From Chiloscyllium plagiosum (lineage: Eukaryota), in assembly GCF_004010195.1 (NCBI RefSeq), contig NC_057755.1, forward strand, positions 11,187,928 through 11,251,927: 64,000 nucleotides of DNA. Reading direction: 5' to 3'. Below are positions 1-11,029 of the stretch, one piece after another (position 1 is the first letter of the stretch; the number at the start of each line of letters is the position of its first letter). Under the pieces are notes generated by a model. The model ran no database searches, was not told the DNA's origin, and worked only from the letters and a program-made list of their open reading frames with translations. Made by a program: the position numbers and the translations under genes.

Positions 1-877
1 ATCTGTCCCTCATCACTTTGATATCAGGCATTAAACTCCCATCAACAGCAGTTGGCAGATTACTTCTCTGGCATTCTTCTCACAACACAGTCAAAATTCT
101 GCTGCCATCCCAGCTGCGATCCCACCCACATACAAGTGGGCATTCAAAACCCTCACCAGTTACATACCTGGCATCTTGGCACCCTAACCACCTTGCACCC
201 TATGAAAAAGTTCTACATTGTATGAAGGCCAATTTTGACGGCATTAGGCAAGAACTTTCAAAAGTTGATTGGGGGCGGATGCTCACAGGTAAAGGGAAAG
301 CTGGAGAATGACAGGTTTTCTGGTGAGTGTGTTTCTCACATGGGTTGCTACATCAGGTGCCATAAATTACGACCCACCTGGCACTTTATTCTTACAACAC
401 TGTCAAATCACACTTACGTTGTGCATTATAAGACAGTTCTAGCCAGGAAAGATCTGTCAGGATGGAAGTACGGTTCCACATTCCTGAGGGTAACACTGAA
501 TGAGAATCTCCTCACAGAAATGCAGAGCTCTGTTCTTTCATCAGAAAGAAAAGGGCCTAATAGCAATCCGTGTGAGATTCCCACTCACTAGAAAACCCGT
601 GCCAGTATTTTGTTGATTTTAAAAGGCGATAATGAAGGAACAGTGACATCTCAGTCTGGTACAGAATAGCTTTATTGCAAACTGTAGTGTATGGTTCTAA
701 CTTTCAAAGATATTTCACATCTAAATTTTTAAATTTTAACTTTGTCTCATTATTTTCTACTTAATACGAAGAAGAACTGTAATGTTTTGAAACTGACCAT
801 TTGTACCGAAGAAACTTTGTACCTAAGATGTCCATGGGAACTCCACTTTTCACTGTACTCATGTACTTCTGTTAATA

Positions 878-1161
878 TAGGAATAGGAGGATAGAGCAGA
901 TGAATGTATGGTTGAGGAGCTGGTGCAGAGGAGAAGGGTCCACGCTTTTGGATCATTGGAATCTCTTCTGGGGTAGAAGTGACCAGTATAAAAAGGATGG
1001 ATTGCACCTTAATTGGAGGGGGACTAATGTACTGACAGGGAGATTTGCTGGAGCTGCTCAGGAGGATTTAAACTCATTAGGTTGGGGGAGCCCTGGGAGG
1101 TAGTGAGGAAAGAGATCAATCTGAGTCTGTATGGTTGAGAAAAGGAGCAAGTCAAGCAGTC
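878..1161 (+). mobile_element. CR1 ORF1 3' fragment in opposite orientation to the adjacent LINE
   Basis: LDHWNLFWGRSDQYKKDGLHLNWRGT carries an SGNH-type DGLH motif. Inverted homolog at about 2320-2585. Confidence 0.8.
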
Positions 1162-3480
1162 TCAAATACTCTTACCTCTCCCTCGTTACCCTTTTATCCT
1201 TAATGTATTTATAGAATCCCTTTGGATTCTCCTATTTGTCAAAGCTACCTCATGTCCACTTTTTGCCCTCCTGATTTCCCCCTTAAGTATACTCCGACTG
1301 TGTTTATACACTTCTAAGGCTTCAGTCGATGTCTGGTGCCTATACCTGACATTTGCTTCCTCCGTGTTCTCATTGAAAACCTCAATTTATCCAGTTATCC
1401 AATGTTTCCTCCACCAACCAGCCTTGCCTTTCACCCTAACAGGAATATATTGTCTGTGAACTCTTGTTTTCTCATTTTGAAGGCTTCCCATTCTCCAGCT
1501 GTCCCTTTATCTCTGAGCATCCGGTCCCAATCAACTTTTGAAAGTTCTTGTTTAATACCGTCAAACTTAACATTCCTTCAATGTAGAACTTTAAATTTAG
1601 ATCCGGTCTATCCTTTTCCATCATTATTTAAAACAAAAAATAGACGTATGGTCTCTGGCCCCAAAGTGCTCCCCCACTGACACCTCAGCCATTTATTCTG
1701 CCTTATTTCCCACAAATAGGTCAAGTTTTTGCACCTTCTCTTGTAGGAACAAACACAAACTGACTCTAAAAAACTTCCTGGTACACACCTGACAAATTCC
1801 TCTCCATTTAAACCCTTAACACAATGGCAGTCCCAGTCTATGTTTGGAAAGTTAAAATCCCCTACCATAGCCACCTTATTATTCTTAAAGATAATGAGAT
1901 CCCCTTAAAACATTGTTTCTCAATTTCCTGTTGGCTATTGGGAGGTATATATTATAATCCCAAAGAGATGATCATCCCTTTCTTATTTCTCATATGTAAA
2001 TAAAACTGCCTGGATGCATCCTCAGGAATATCCTCCCTAAGTACAGCCTGAATGCTATCCCTTATCAAAAACTCACAGCATTAAGATTTACTCCCCCTCC
2101 GCTCTTGCCCCCTTTCGATAGCATTTGCATCCTGGAACATTCAGCTTCCAGTCCTGTCCATCCCTGAGCCACGTTTCTGTAATTGTTATGATATCCCAGT
2201 CCCATGTTCCTAACCATAACCTAAATTCATCTGCTGATTCTGTGAGGCCTCTTGCATTGAAATAAAGGCAGTTTAATTTATCAGTACTACCTCATTCTTT
2301 GTTTTGTTCCTGTTCACCCTGACTGTTTAACTTGCTCCTTTTTCCAACTGTACCAGTCTCACATTGATCATTAACTCCCACATCCCCATTTTACTAGTAC
2401 AAATCTTCCTGAGCAAATCTCCTTGTCAGTATATTAGTCCACTTCCAACTGAGGTGCAATCCATCTTTCTAATACTGGTCACTTCTACCCCAGAAGAGAT
2501 TCCAATGATCCAAAAAGGTGAACCATTCTCCTCTGCACCAGCTCCTCAACCTCACATTCATCTTCTCTATCCTTCTAGTCCTACCCTCACTAGCTCGTAG
2601 CACTGGGAATAATCCAGATATTCGTACACTTCAGGACCTCCATTTTAAATTCCTGCCTAACTCTCTGTAATCTCCCTTCAGAATCTCATCCTTTTCCCTT
2701 CCAGTGTCATTAATTCCAATGTGTAGAACGATCTCCTGCTAGTCCATCTCCCCTTTGAGAACATTCTGCACCCTCTGTCAGACATCTTTGATCCTGATAT
2801 CAGGGAGACACCACACCATTCTGATTTATCACTGTCGGAAGCAGAATTGTCTAAATGTACCTCTGACTAGAGATTCCCCTATCACAATCGATCGCTTGGA
2901 ACCTGACATATCCATCGTTAATGAGAGCCAGTCTCTGTTCCAGCAACTTGTCTGTTCGTGCTACATTCCCCTATGAGTCCATCACCTTCTCCATTTTCTC
3001 AAACAGCATACTTATTTGAGATGGGAATAAACACAGGAGACACCAGTATTATCTTCCTCACTCTTCTACCCTTTCTGGAGTTAACCCATCTATGTGACAG
3101 TATCTGTTGTTTTTCTCCCTTCCTATAACTGCCATCCAACACACTCCCAGCTCCTGTAAATTCCCCATTGCCTCTAACTGCCTCTCTAACCCATCCATGC
3201 AATCTGACAGAATTCTCAACGAAAGACGCTTCCTGGAGACATAACCATCAGGAACATGGGAACTCTCGCTACTGTCCCATATCTGACAGGAAGAGCACAT
3301 CAATCTTCCAAAGAACATCTCTGCTCCTTAACAATCGACAGACCCAGAAAGCAGCACCGTCTTAATGCTGTAAAAAATATCGCACTCCAGGCAAACTCAG
3401 CACCTATGTTTTATATATTTAAAATTTAGTCAAGACATGGATCTCAATAAAACATATAATCAAAAAGAATTCACTCCAAG
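1162..3480 (-). mobile_element. Decayed CR1-clade LINE, 5' half (ORF1 esterase-like region and APE endonuclease)
   Basis: Minus-strand MVGDFNFPNIDW endonuclease motif. ORF1-like sequence homologous to 20560-21250(+) and 59000-59750(-). Confidence 0.82.
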
Positions 3481-4199
3481 CACCGACTTGGCACTTTACT
3501 CTGACCGCACTGTCAAATCAGACTGGCTTTGTGCAAAATAAGATGGTTCTAGCCAGGAATGATCTGTCAGGGTGGAGCGCACTGTTCTGTCTTTCAAAAA
3601 TATTTCAAAACAAGTCTTTTCAGTTTTAACCTATTGTTTCTACTTGATGCTGAATATGGTGACATTGTACAGTTTTCACTCTATTCATGTACGTCTGTGC
3701 TTGAGTGCTGAGAACAATACAATCTAATTCTAATTCTAATTCTCATGAAATTAATGGCAACTTATTTTTCAAAATAGATTCCATTGCGCAATAGCCCTCA
3801 GAGGAAAATGTTAAATTTGCTGCTTGTTCAGATTCCTGCAACTAGTGTAATTAGTGTTTCAACCAGATTTATTGTCTCACTGGATATTTCGCTTCCAAAT
3901 AAAATGAAGCTGTGTTGACAATATTATTGTGTTCTGACGTGCAGAATCATTGACTCCACAGGAACAGACAGGCCTGACTGGGACAGAATGAAATGCCCAG
4001 CAGTCTTACAGATAGCATGTATTTACTACCCGATATTTACAGCTGTTAGCATTATTGATACGTCCCTAAAACCAGTTTTGTTTGCTTAACAAGAAGAGAA
4101 TCTGGGGGAAAGCTCAGCAGATCTGGCAGCTTCTGGGGAGAGAAGTCAGAGTTCACATCGTGGATCCGGTATCCCTTCGTCAGACCTTTCCCAGCAATT

Positions 4200-5530
4200 C
4201 TGGATTAGTGGAAGAGCACAGCAGTTCAGGCAGCATCCGAAGAGCAGTAAAATCGACGTTTCAGGCAAAAGCCCTTCATCAGGAATAAAGGCAGAGAGCC
4301 TGAAGGGTGGGGGTGGGGAGAAAGTAGCATAGAGTACAATAGGTGAGTGGGGGAGGGGATGAAGGTGATAGGTCAGGAAGGAGGGTGGAGTGGATAGGTG
4401 GAAAAGAAGATAGGCAGGTAGGACAAGTCATGGGGACAGTGCTGAGCTGGAAGCTTGGAACTAGGTGAGGTAGGGGAAGAGAAAATGAGGAAATTGTTGA
4501 AGTCCACATTGATGCCCTGGGGTTGAAGTGTTCCAAGGCGGAAGATGAGGCGTTCTTCCTCCAGGCGTCTGGTGGTGAGGGAGCAGAAGGACATGGTTGA
4601 AGAGCTTCAGGGCAGAGGAAATGACCTGGGAGTTGCAGTGGGAGAGGGACTCCCTGAGATTCTTGTAGAGAGAGGAGGAAAACTTCGTCAAGGCAGGCAT
4701 CCTTGCAAGAGGATTCGCAGTAGGGTTTAAATCAACGAGGTAAAAACAATGACTGCAGATGCTGGAAACCAGATTCTGGATNNNNNNNNNNNNNNNNNNN
4801 NNNNNNNNNNNNNNNNNNNNNNNNNNNNNNNNNNNNNNNNNNNNNNNNNNNNNNNNNNNNNNNNNNNNNNNNNNNNNNNNNNNNNNNNNNNNNNNNNNNN
4901 NNNNNNNNNNNNNNNNNNNNNNNNNNNNNNNNNNNNNNNNNNNNNNNNNNNNNNNNNNNNNNNNNNNNNNNNNNNNNNNNNNNNNNNNNNNNNNNNNNNN
5001 NNNNNNNNNNNNNNNNNNNNNNNNNNNNNNNNNNNNNNNNNNNNNNNNNNNNNNNNNNNNNNNNNNNNNNNNNNNNNNNNNNNNNNNNNNNNNNNNNNNN
5101 NNNNNNNNNNNNNNNNNNNNNNNNNNNNNNNNNNNNNNNNNNNNNNNNNNNNNNNNNNNNNNNNNNNNNNNNNNNNNNNNNNNNNNNNNNNNNNNNNNNN
5201 NNNNNNNNNNNNNNNNNNNNNNNNNNNNNNNNNNNNNNNNNNNNNNNNNNNNNNNNNCTTTTCCACCTATCCACTCCACCCTCTCCTCCTTGACCTATCA
5301 CCTTCATTCCCTCCCCCACTCACCTATTGTACTCCATGCTACTTTCTCCCCACTCCCACCCTCCTCTAGCTTATCTCTCCACCCTTCAGGCTCTCTGCCT
5401 TTATTCCTGAAGGGCTTTTGCCCGAAACGTCGATTTTACTGCTCCTCGGACACTGTCTGAACTGCTATGCTCTTCCAGCACCACTAATCCAGACTCTGGT
5501 TTCCAGCATCTGCAGTCATTGTTTTTACCT
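4200..5530. mobile_element. Internally deleted Penelope-like element with inverted terminal copies (spans N-gap)
   Basis: About 4200-4410 and 5258-5495 are reverse complements. Minus strand encodes a PLE-type C-terminus (RRLEEERLIFRLGTLQPQGINVDF). Flanked by ACCTTTCCCAGCAATT (4184-4199) and ACCTTTCCCTGCAATT (5527-5542). Confidence 0.8.
4251..4286 (-). ncRNA. Minimal hammerhead ribozyme motif (PLE type)
   Basis: Minus strand reads uuc CUGAUGA A GGGC UUUU GCCU GAAAC GUC ga. Core, stem II and GUC cleavage triplet are intact; stem I is very short. Confidence 0.7.
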
Positions 5531-6381
5531 TTCCCTGCAATTGCAGTTTTTGATTCTGATGTACAGAATCCACAGTTCGTTCTGTTTTTACGTTTGTGTA
5601 AAGCCGAGTGAACTCAACTCCCTCATTCTTTGACAGATTTTCCCTGGCTTTGGTTGTTTCCAGTCTACGTTTTCCGAGTGGTTTCACCAGTAGTTCAGTT
5701 TTATTGTTGCGTCCTTGCATCTGCCGAAGCAGGTTGATTTATAAATGTTTTACAGAGAATTTAGTTCCAATGCCAAGCAGGCTGAGTCAGCATTTATTCC
5801 CCATCCAGAGTTATACTACAGAAGGTGGTGGTGAGCTGCCTTCTCAAACCGCTGCAGACCATTTGGTGTAAGAGCACTCGCATAGAGTCATAGAGCACGG
5901 AAACAGACCCTTTGGCCCACTCATCCATGCTGACCAGGTTTCCTAAATTGAACTAGTCCTGTTTCCCAATATTTGGCCCAGATCCCCTTTACTTTTCCTA
6001 CCCATGGAGCTGTCCAAATGTCTTTTAACTGCTGCAGGAACACTGAAGGAATGGTGATATGTTTCCAAGCCAGAAAAGTGAGTGTCTTGAAGGTAACTTG
6101 CAAGTGGTGTCATTACCATGAATCTGCTGCTTCTGGACAGTAGCGGTTGTGAGGGTGAGAGGGAGCTGTCTGAGGAACATTGGTGAGCTGCTGCAATGTG
6201 TCCTGTAGCTGAGTTGAAAAATGTGGTGCTGGAAAAACACAGCAGGCCAGGCAGCATCCGAGAAACAGGAGAATCGACGTTTCGGGCACAAACACATCTT
6301 CAGGAATGAGGCTGGTGTGCCAAGCGGGCTGAGATAAAAGGTAGGGGGAGGGAATTGGGGGCAGGGGTGCTGGGAATACGA

Positions 6382-6655
6382 TACAAGGAAGAGGCTCTCC
6401 TCCTCCCTCTACAAGGAAGAGGCTCTCCTCCCTCTACAAGGAAGGAGCTCTCCTCCTCCCTCTACAAGGAAGAAGCTCTCCTCCTCCCTCTACAAGGAAG
6501 AGGCTCTCCTCCCTCTACAAGGAAGGAGCTCTCCTCCTCCCTCTACAAGGAAGAAGCTCTCCTCCTCCCTCTACAAGAAAGAGGCTTTCCTCCTCCCTCT
6601 ACAAGGAAGAAGCTCTCCTCCTACATCTACAAGGAAGAGGCTCTCCTCCTCCCTC
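6382..6655 (+). repeat. 28-bp minisatellite (TACAAGGAAGAGGCTCTCCTCCTCCCTC), left block, about 10 units
   Basis: Direct tandem repeats, some shortened to 25 bp. Confidence 0.95.
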
Positions 6656-7373
6656 TTATGCGGAATATACAGGGTTAACGGTAGGGTTCTTAGTGAGGTG
6701 GAGGAACAGAGGGATCTTGGGGTCTATGTTCATAGATCTTTGAAAGTTGCCACTCAGGTGAATAGAGCTTGTAAGAAGGCCTATGGTGTATTAGCATTCA
6801 TTAGCAGAGGGATTGAATTCAAGAGTCATGAAGTGATGTTGCAACTGTACAGGACTTTGGTTAGGCCACATTTGGAGTACTGTGTGCAGTTCTGGTCACC
6901 TCACTTTAGGAAAGATGTGGAAGAGTTGGAGAGCGTGCAGAGAAGATTTACCAGGATGTTGCCTGGAATGGAGAATAGGTCGTACGAGGATAGGTTGAGA
7001 GTGCTAGGCCTTTTCTTGTTGGAATGGCGAAGGATGAGGGGTGACTTGATCGAGGTTTATAAGTTGATCAGAGGAATGGATAGAGTAGACAGTCAGAAAC
7101 TTTTTCCCGAGTGCAACAGAGTGTTACAGGGGACATAGATTTAAGGTGAAGGGTGGAAGGTATAGGGGAGATGTCAGGGGTGGGTTCTTTACCGAGAGAG
7201 TGGTGGGGGCATGGAATGCGCTGCCTGTGGGAGTGGTAGAGTCAGAATCTTTGGTGACCTTTAAGCGGAAATTGGATAGGTACATGGATGGGTGCTAGGA
7301 CAAATGTTCGGCATAACATTGTGGGCCGAAGGGCCTGTTCTGTGCTGTATTGTTCTATGTTCTATGTTCTATG
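6656..7373 (+). mobile_element. 5'-truncated, little-decayed CR1-clade LINE inserted into the minisatellite
   Basis: ORF 6698-7138 carries the CR1 ORF2 C-terminal motifs RDLGV, LYRTLVRPHLEYCVQFWSP, LESVQRRFTRM and RGDLIEVYK. (TTCTATG)n tail at 3' end. Confidence 0.93.
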
Positions 7374-7995
7374 TACAAGGAAGAGATTCTCCTCCTCCGT
7401 CTAAAAGGACAAAGCTCTCCTCCTCCCTCTACAAAGAAGAGGCTCTCCTCCTCCCTCTACAAGGAAGAGGCTCTCCTCCTCCCTCTACAAGGAAGAAGCT
7501 CTCCTCCTCCCTCTACAAGGAAGAGGCTCTCTTCCTCCATCTACAAGGAAGAAGCTCTCCTCCTCCATCTACAAGGAAGAAGCCCTCCTCCTCCCTCTAC
7601 AAGGAAGAGGCTCTCCTCCTCCCTCTACAAGGACGAAGCTCTCCTCCTCCCTCTACGTGGAAGAGGCTCTCCTCCTCCCTCTACAAGGACGAAGCTCTCC
7701 TCCTCCCTCTACAAGGAAGAGGCTCTCCTCCTCCCTCTGCAAGGAAGAAGCTCTCCTCCTCCCTCTACAACGAAGAAGCTCTCCTCCTCCCTCTACAAGG
7801 AAGAGGCTCTCCTCCTCCCTCTACAAGGACGAAACTCTCCTCCTCCCTCTACAAGGAAGAGGCTCTCCTCCTCCCTCTACAAGGAAGAAGCTCTCCTCCT
7901 CCCTCTACAAGGAAGAGGCTCTCCTCCTCCATCTACAAGGAAGAGGCTCTCCTCCTCCCTCTACAAGGAAGAGGCTCTCCTCCTCCATCTACAAG
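7374..7995 (+). repeat. 28-bp minisatellite, right block, about 22 units
   Basis: Same unit as the left block. The 28-aa periodicity in three ORF frames matches a 28-nt unit. Confidence 0.95.
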
Positions 7996-8075
7996 CACCT
8001 CTCCTATTCCCAGCGCCCCTCCCTCAAATTCCGTTCCACTACCTTTTATCTCAGCCCACTTGGCACACCAGCCTC

Positions 8076-8112
8076 ATTCCTGAAGAAGGGCTTATGCCCG
8101 AAACATCGATTC
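8076..8112 (+). ncRNA. Hammerhead ribozyme motif, slightly decayed
   Basis: auuc CUGAAGA A GGGC UUAU GCCC GAAAC AUC gauu. G>A at the CpG of ACGU breaks the helix III palindrome. Confidence 0.55.
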
Positions 8113-8954
8113 TCCTGCTCCTCGGATGCTGCCTGGCCTGCTATGTTTTTCCAGCACCACATTTTTCAACTTTGTACTCCAGCATCTGCAGTCCTCACTT
8201 TCTCCTAGTGTCCTGTAGCTGGTCCACCCTGCTATTACTAAGCGACAGTGGGGGAGCGGAACAGATTGAAGGTTTGTGGATGTGGTGGCAATCAAGTGGG
8301 CTGATATATCCTGGAATAAAGGTAAACTACTGCAGATGCTAGATATCTGCAATAAACAAAGAAAATATTGGATAAACTCCGCCAGTTTGACAGTTTCAGT
8401 GGATGGAGAAAGACAAGTTAAGATTTTGAATCTGGTCTGACTCTTCTCCAGAATTCTCCATGGTCCTGGATGGTGTGGAGGTTCTTGAGTTGTTGGTGGA
8501 GCTGCACCCATCCAGGCAAGTGGGGGGAAGGGGTATTCCCCCACACTTCAGACTTGTGCCTTATAGATGGTGGGACAGGCTTTAGGGAGCCAGGAGGTGA
8601 CTTTTTCACAGCAAGATTCCTAACCTCTGACCTGCTATTGCAGCAAAAATGCTTACATGGCTAAGCCAGGGTTGATTTGGTCAATGGGAATCCCCAGGAT
8701 ATGGATAGTAGTGGATTCCATGATGGCAATGTCATAGAATACCAGAGGGTGATGGTTAGAATCTCTTTTGTTGAAAATAATACATTTGTGGCACTTGTGT
8801 GCATCAAATATTGTTTACTACCGCTCCATAAGATCGTAAGGACATAAGATACAGGAGCAGAATGAGACCATTCAGCCCCAATGAATTTGCTCCACCATTA
8901 AATTTATGACTTGCATGTTTCTTAGCCCCATTCTCCTAACTTCTCCATGTGTCC

Positions 8955-9956
8955 AAAGTTTGTGAGAAGATTTGTAGCTCAGGTGTTCGTTGTTGTGGTT
9001 CTGTTCGCCGAGCTGGGAATTTGTGTTGCAGACTTTTCGTCCCCTGTCTAGGTGACATCCTCAGTGCTTGGGGGGCTCCTATGAAGCGCTTCTGTGATCT
9101 TTCCTCTGGCATTTGTAATGGTTTGAATCTGCCGCTTCCGGTTGTCAGTTCCAGCTGTCCAAACTCTGGGTCAGATATGTGGATGACACCTTTGTAATCA
9201 TTAAAAACACAGAAATAGAGAACACACACCGGATCATCAACGCCACACTCACTGGAATCCGATTCACTAGAGAGGAAGAAAAGGACAACCAACTCCCATT
9301 CCTAGATGTGATGGTACAGAGAACACCTAATGGAGAATTCACCACAAAGGTATACAGGAAAGCCACACACACAGATCAAGTCCTGNNNNNNNNNNNNNNN
9401 NNNNNNNNNNNNNNNNNNNNNNNNNNNNNNNNNNNNNNNNNNNNNNNNNNNNNNNNNNNNNNNNNNNNNNNNNNNNNNNNNNNNNNNNNNNNNNNNNNNN
9501 NNNNNNNNNNNNNNNNNNNNNNNNNNNNNNNNNNNNNNNNNNNNNNNNNNNNNNNNNNNNNNNNNNNNNNNNNNNNNNNNNNNNNNNNNNNNNNNNNNNN
9601 NNNNNNNNNNNNNNNNNNNNNNNNNNNNNNNNNNNNNNNNNNNNNNNNNNNNNNNNNNNNNNNNNNNNNNNNNNNNNNNNNNNNNNNNNNNNNNNNNNNN
9701 NNNNNNNNNNNNNNNNNNNNNNNNNNNNNNNNNNNNNNNNNNNNNNNNNNNNNNNNNNNNNNNNNNNNNNNNNNNNNNNNNNNNNNNNNNNNNNNNNNNN
9801 NNNNNNNNATATACCGACCACTGCAGCGGACAGCTGGAACTGACAACCGGAAGCGGCAGAGACAAACCACTACAAATGCTGGAGGAAAGATCACAGAAGC
9901 GCTTCACAGGAGGCTCCCAAGCACTGAGGATGTCACCTAGATGTCTGCAACTCAAA
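8955..9956. mobile_element. Second-family Penelope-like element with inverted end and RT fragment (spans N-gap)
   Basis: RT motifs RYVDDTFVII and LPFLDVMV at about 9173-9385. About 9045-9158 is an inverted copy of 9829-9941. Exact 14-bp TSD TTCTCCATGTGTCC at 8941-8954 and 9957-9970, interrupting a minus-strand CR1 3' fragment. Confidence 0.88.
9028..9067 (-). ncRNA. Hammerhead ribozyme motif, family 2
   Basis: Minus strand reads gca CUGAGGA U GUCACCU AGAC AGGGGAC GAAAA GUC ugc. Stem I GCA/UGC, 7-bp stem II with one mismatch, one substitution in helix III. Confidence 0.6.
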
Positions 9957-10416
9957 TTCTCCATGTGTCCCTTTATCCACTTATTTAGAAACTATCTCTT
10001 TCTTAAATACACTCAGTGACCTGGTCTCCACAGCCTCTCTGTGGTAATGTGTTCCACAGATTCACCATCCTCTTTCTGAAGAAATCCTTCCTCATCTCAG
10101 TTCTAAGGGGTCATCCCTTCACCCTGAGGCTGGGCAGAAGGATCCTGATCTGTCCTGTTAGTAGAAACATCTTGTCCACCTCCACTCTATCCAGGTCACT
10201 CGGTGTTCTGTAAGATTCAATCAGATTCCTCTTCTTATTTGTAAACTCCATTTACTGATCCAGTGTTGTCAATCACTTCTGGAGTGACAAGCCCTTCATC
10301 ACGTGGACCATTCCTGTGACCCTCTTCTGAGGTCCCTTCAAGTCCAGCATATCCTTCCTTTGACACGCGGCCCAAAACCGCTCACCACATCTTGAGTAAG
10401 GTGTTGATTATCTGCT

Positions 10417-10492
10417 GATGAGTACATGAAACTAATGAGTGCATGAAAGTAATGAGTACATGAAACTAATGAGTACATGAAAGTAATGAGTA
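10417..10492 (+). repeat. 17-bp tandem repeat (TAATGAGTACATGAAAC/G), about 4.5 units
   Basis: Direct repeats visible, followed by a short inverted echo (TTTCATTTACTC). Confidence 0.85.
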
Positions 10493-11029
10493 GTTTCATT
10501 TACTCTTGACTACCATGGCCAATCCACCTAATTAGCACGTTTGGACTGAAAGGGGAAACTGGAACATCCCAAAGAAATCCACTCACTGGGAGAATGTGCA
10601 AACATCAGACTGAGGGGTGACCTCACAGAGGTTTATAAAATCATGTGAGGTATAGATAAGGTGTAGAGCAAAGGTACTTTCCCTAAGGTGGGGGAATTTA
10701 CGTGACTGTAAATAGAAAGGAAAAAGATTTAAAGGAGACTTGAGGGGCAGGCTTTTCACACAGAGGGTGGTTCGTATGTGCAACAAACTGCCAGAGAAAG
10801 TGGTCGGTGCAGGTTCAGTCACAGCATTTTAAATACATTTGGAGAGGTACACGAATAGGAAAGGTTTAGAGGGAAATGAGCCAAATGCAGGTAAATGGGA
10901 CTTAGATTGGCATGGATGAGTTGTAGCAAAGGTTCTGTTTCTTTGCTGTATGATTCTATAACTCTATGATTGAAAAACAGTGCAAAACTTAAGATGTTTC
11001 ACATCTGGCTGTTCTGAGGGCACAGGTAT

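Larger units (their letters stand above)
6212..8207. mobile_element. Composite PLE-derived insertion: inverted terminal copies enclosing a minisatellite and a nested CR1
   Basis: 6212-6380 and about 8000-8172 are inverted copies. Exact 14-bp direct repeat GTGTCCTGTAGCTG at 6198-6211 and 8208-8221. Confidence 0.85.

Noticed and set aside
4461..5460. Long ORFs containing X runs (also 9179-10019 and 56384-57175)
   Set aside because: Artefacts of N-gaps. Only the flanking transposon-derived residues are real.
7292..8342. Long ORFs of 263, 330 and 183 aa
   Set aside because: Translations of a stop-free 28-bp minisatellite and a PLE end, open in all three plus frames. No sign of a real protein.
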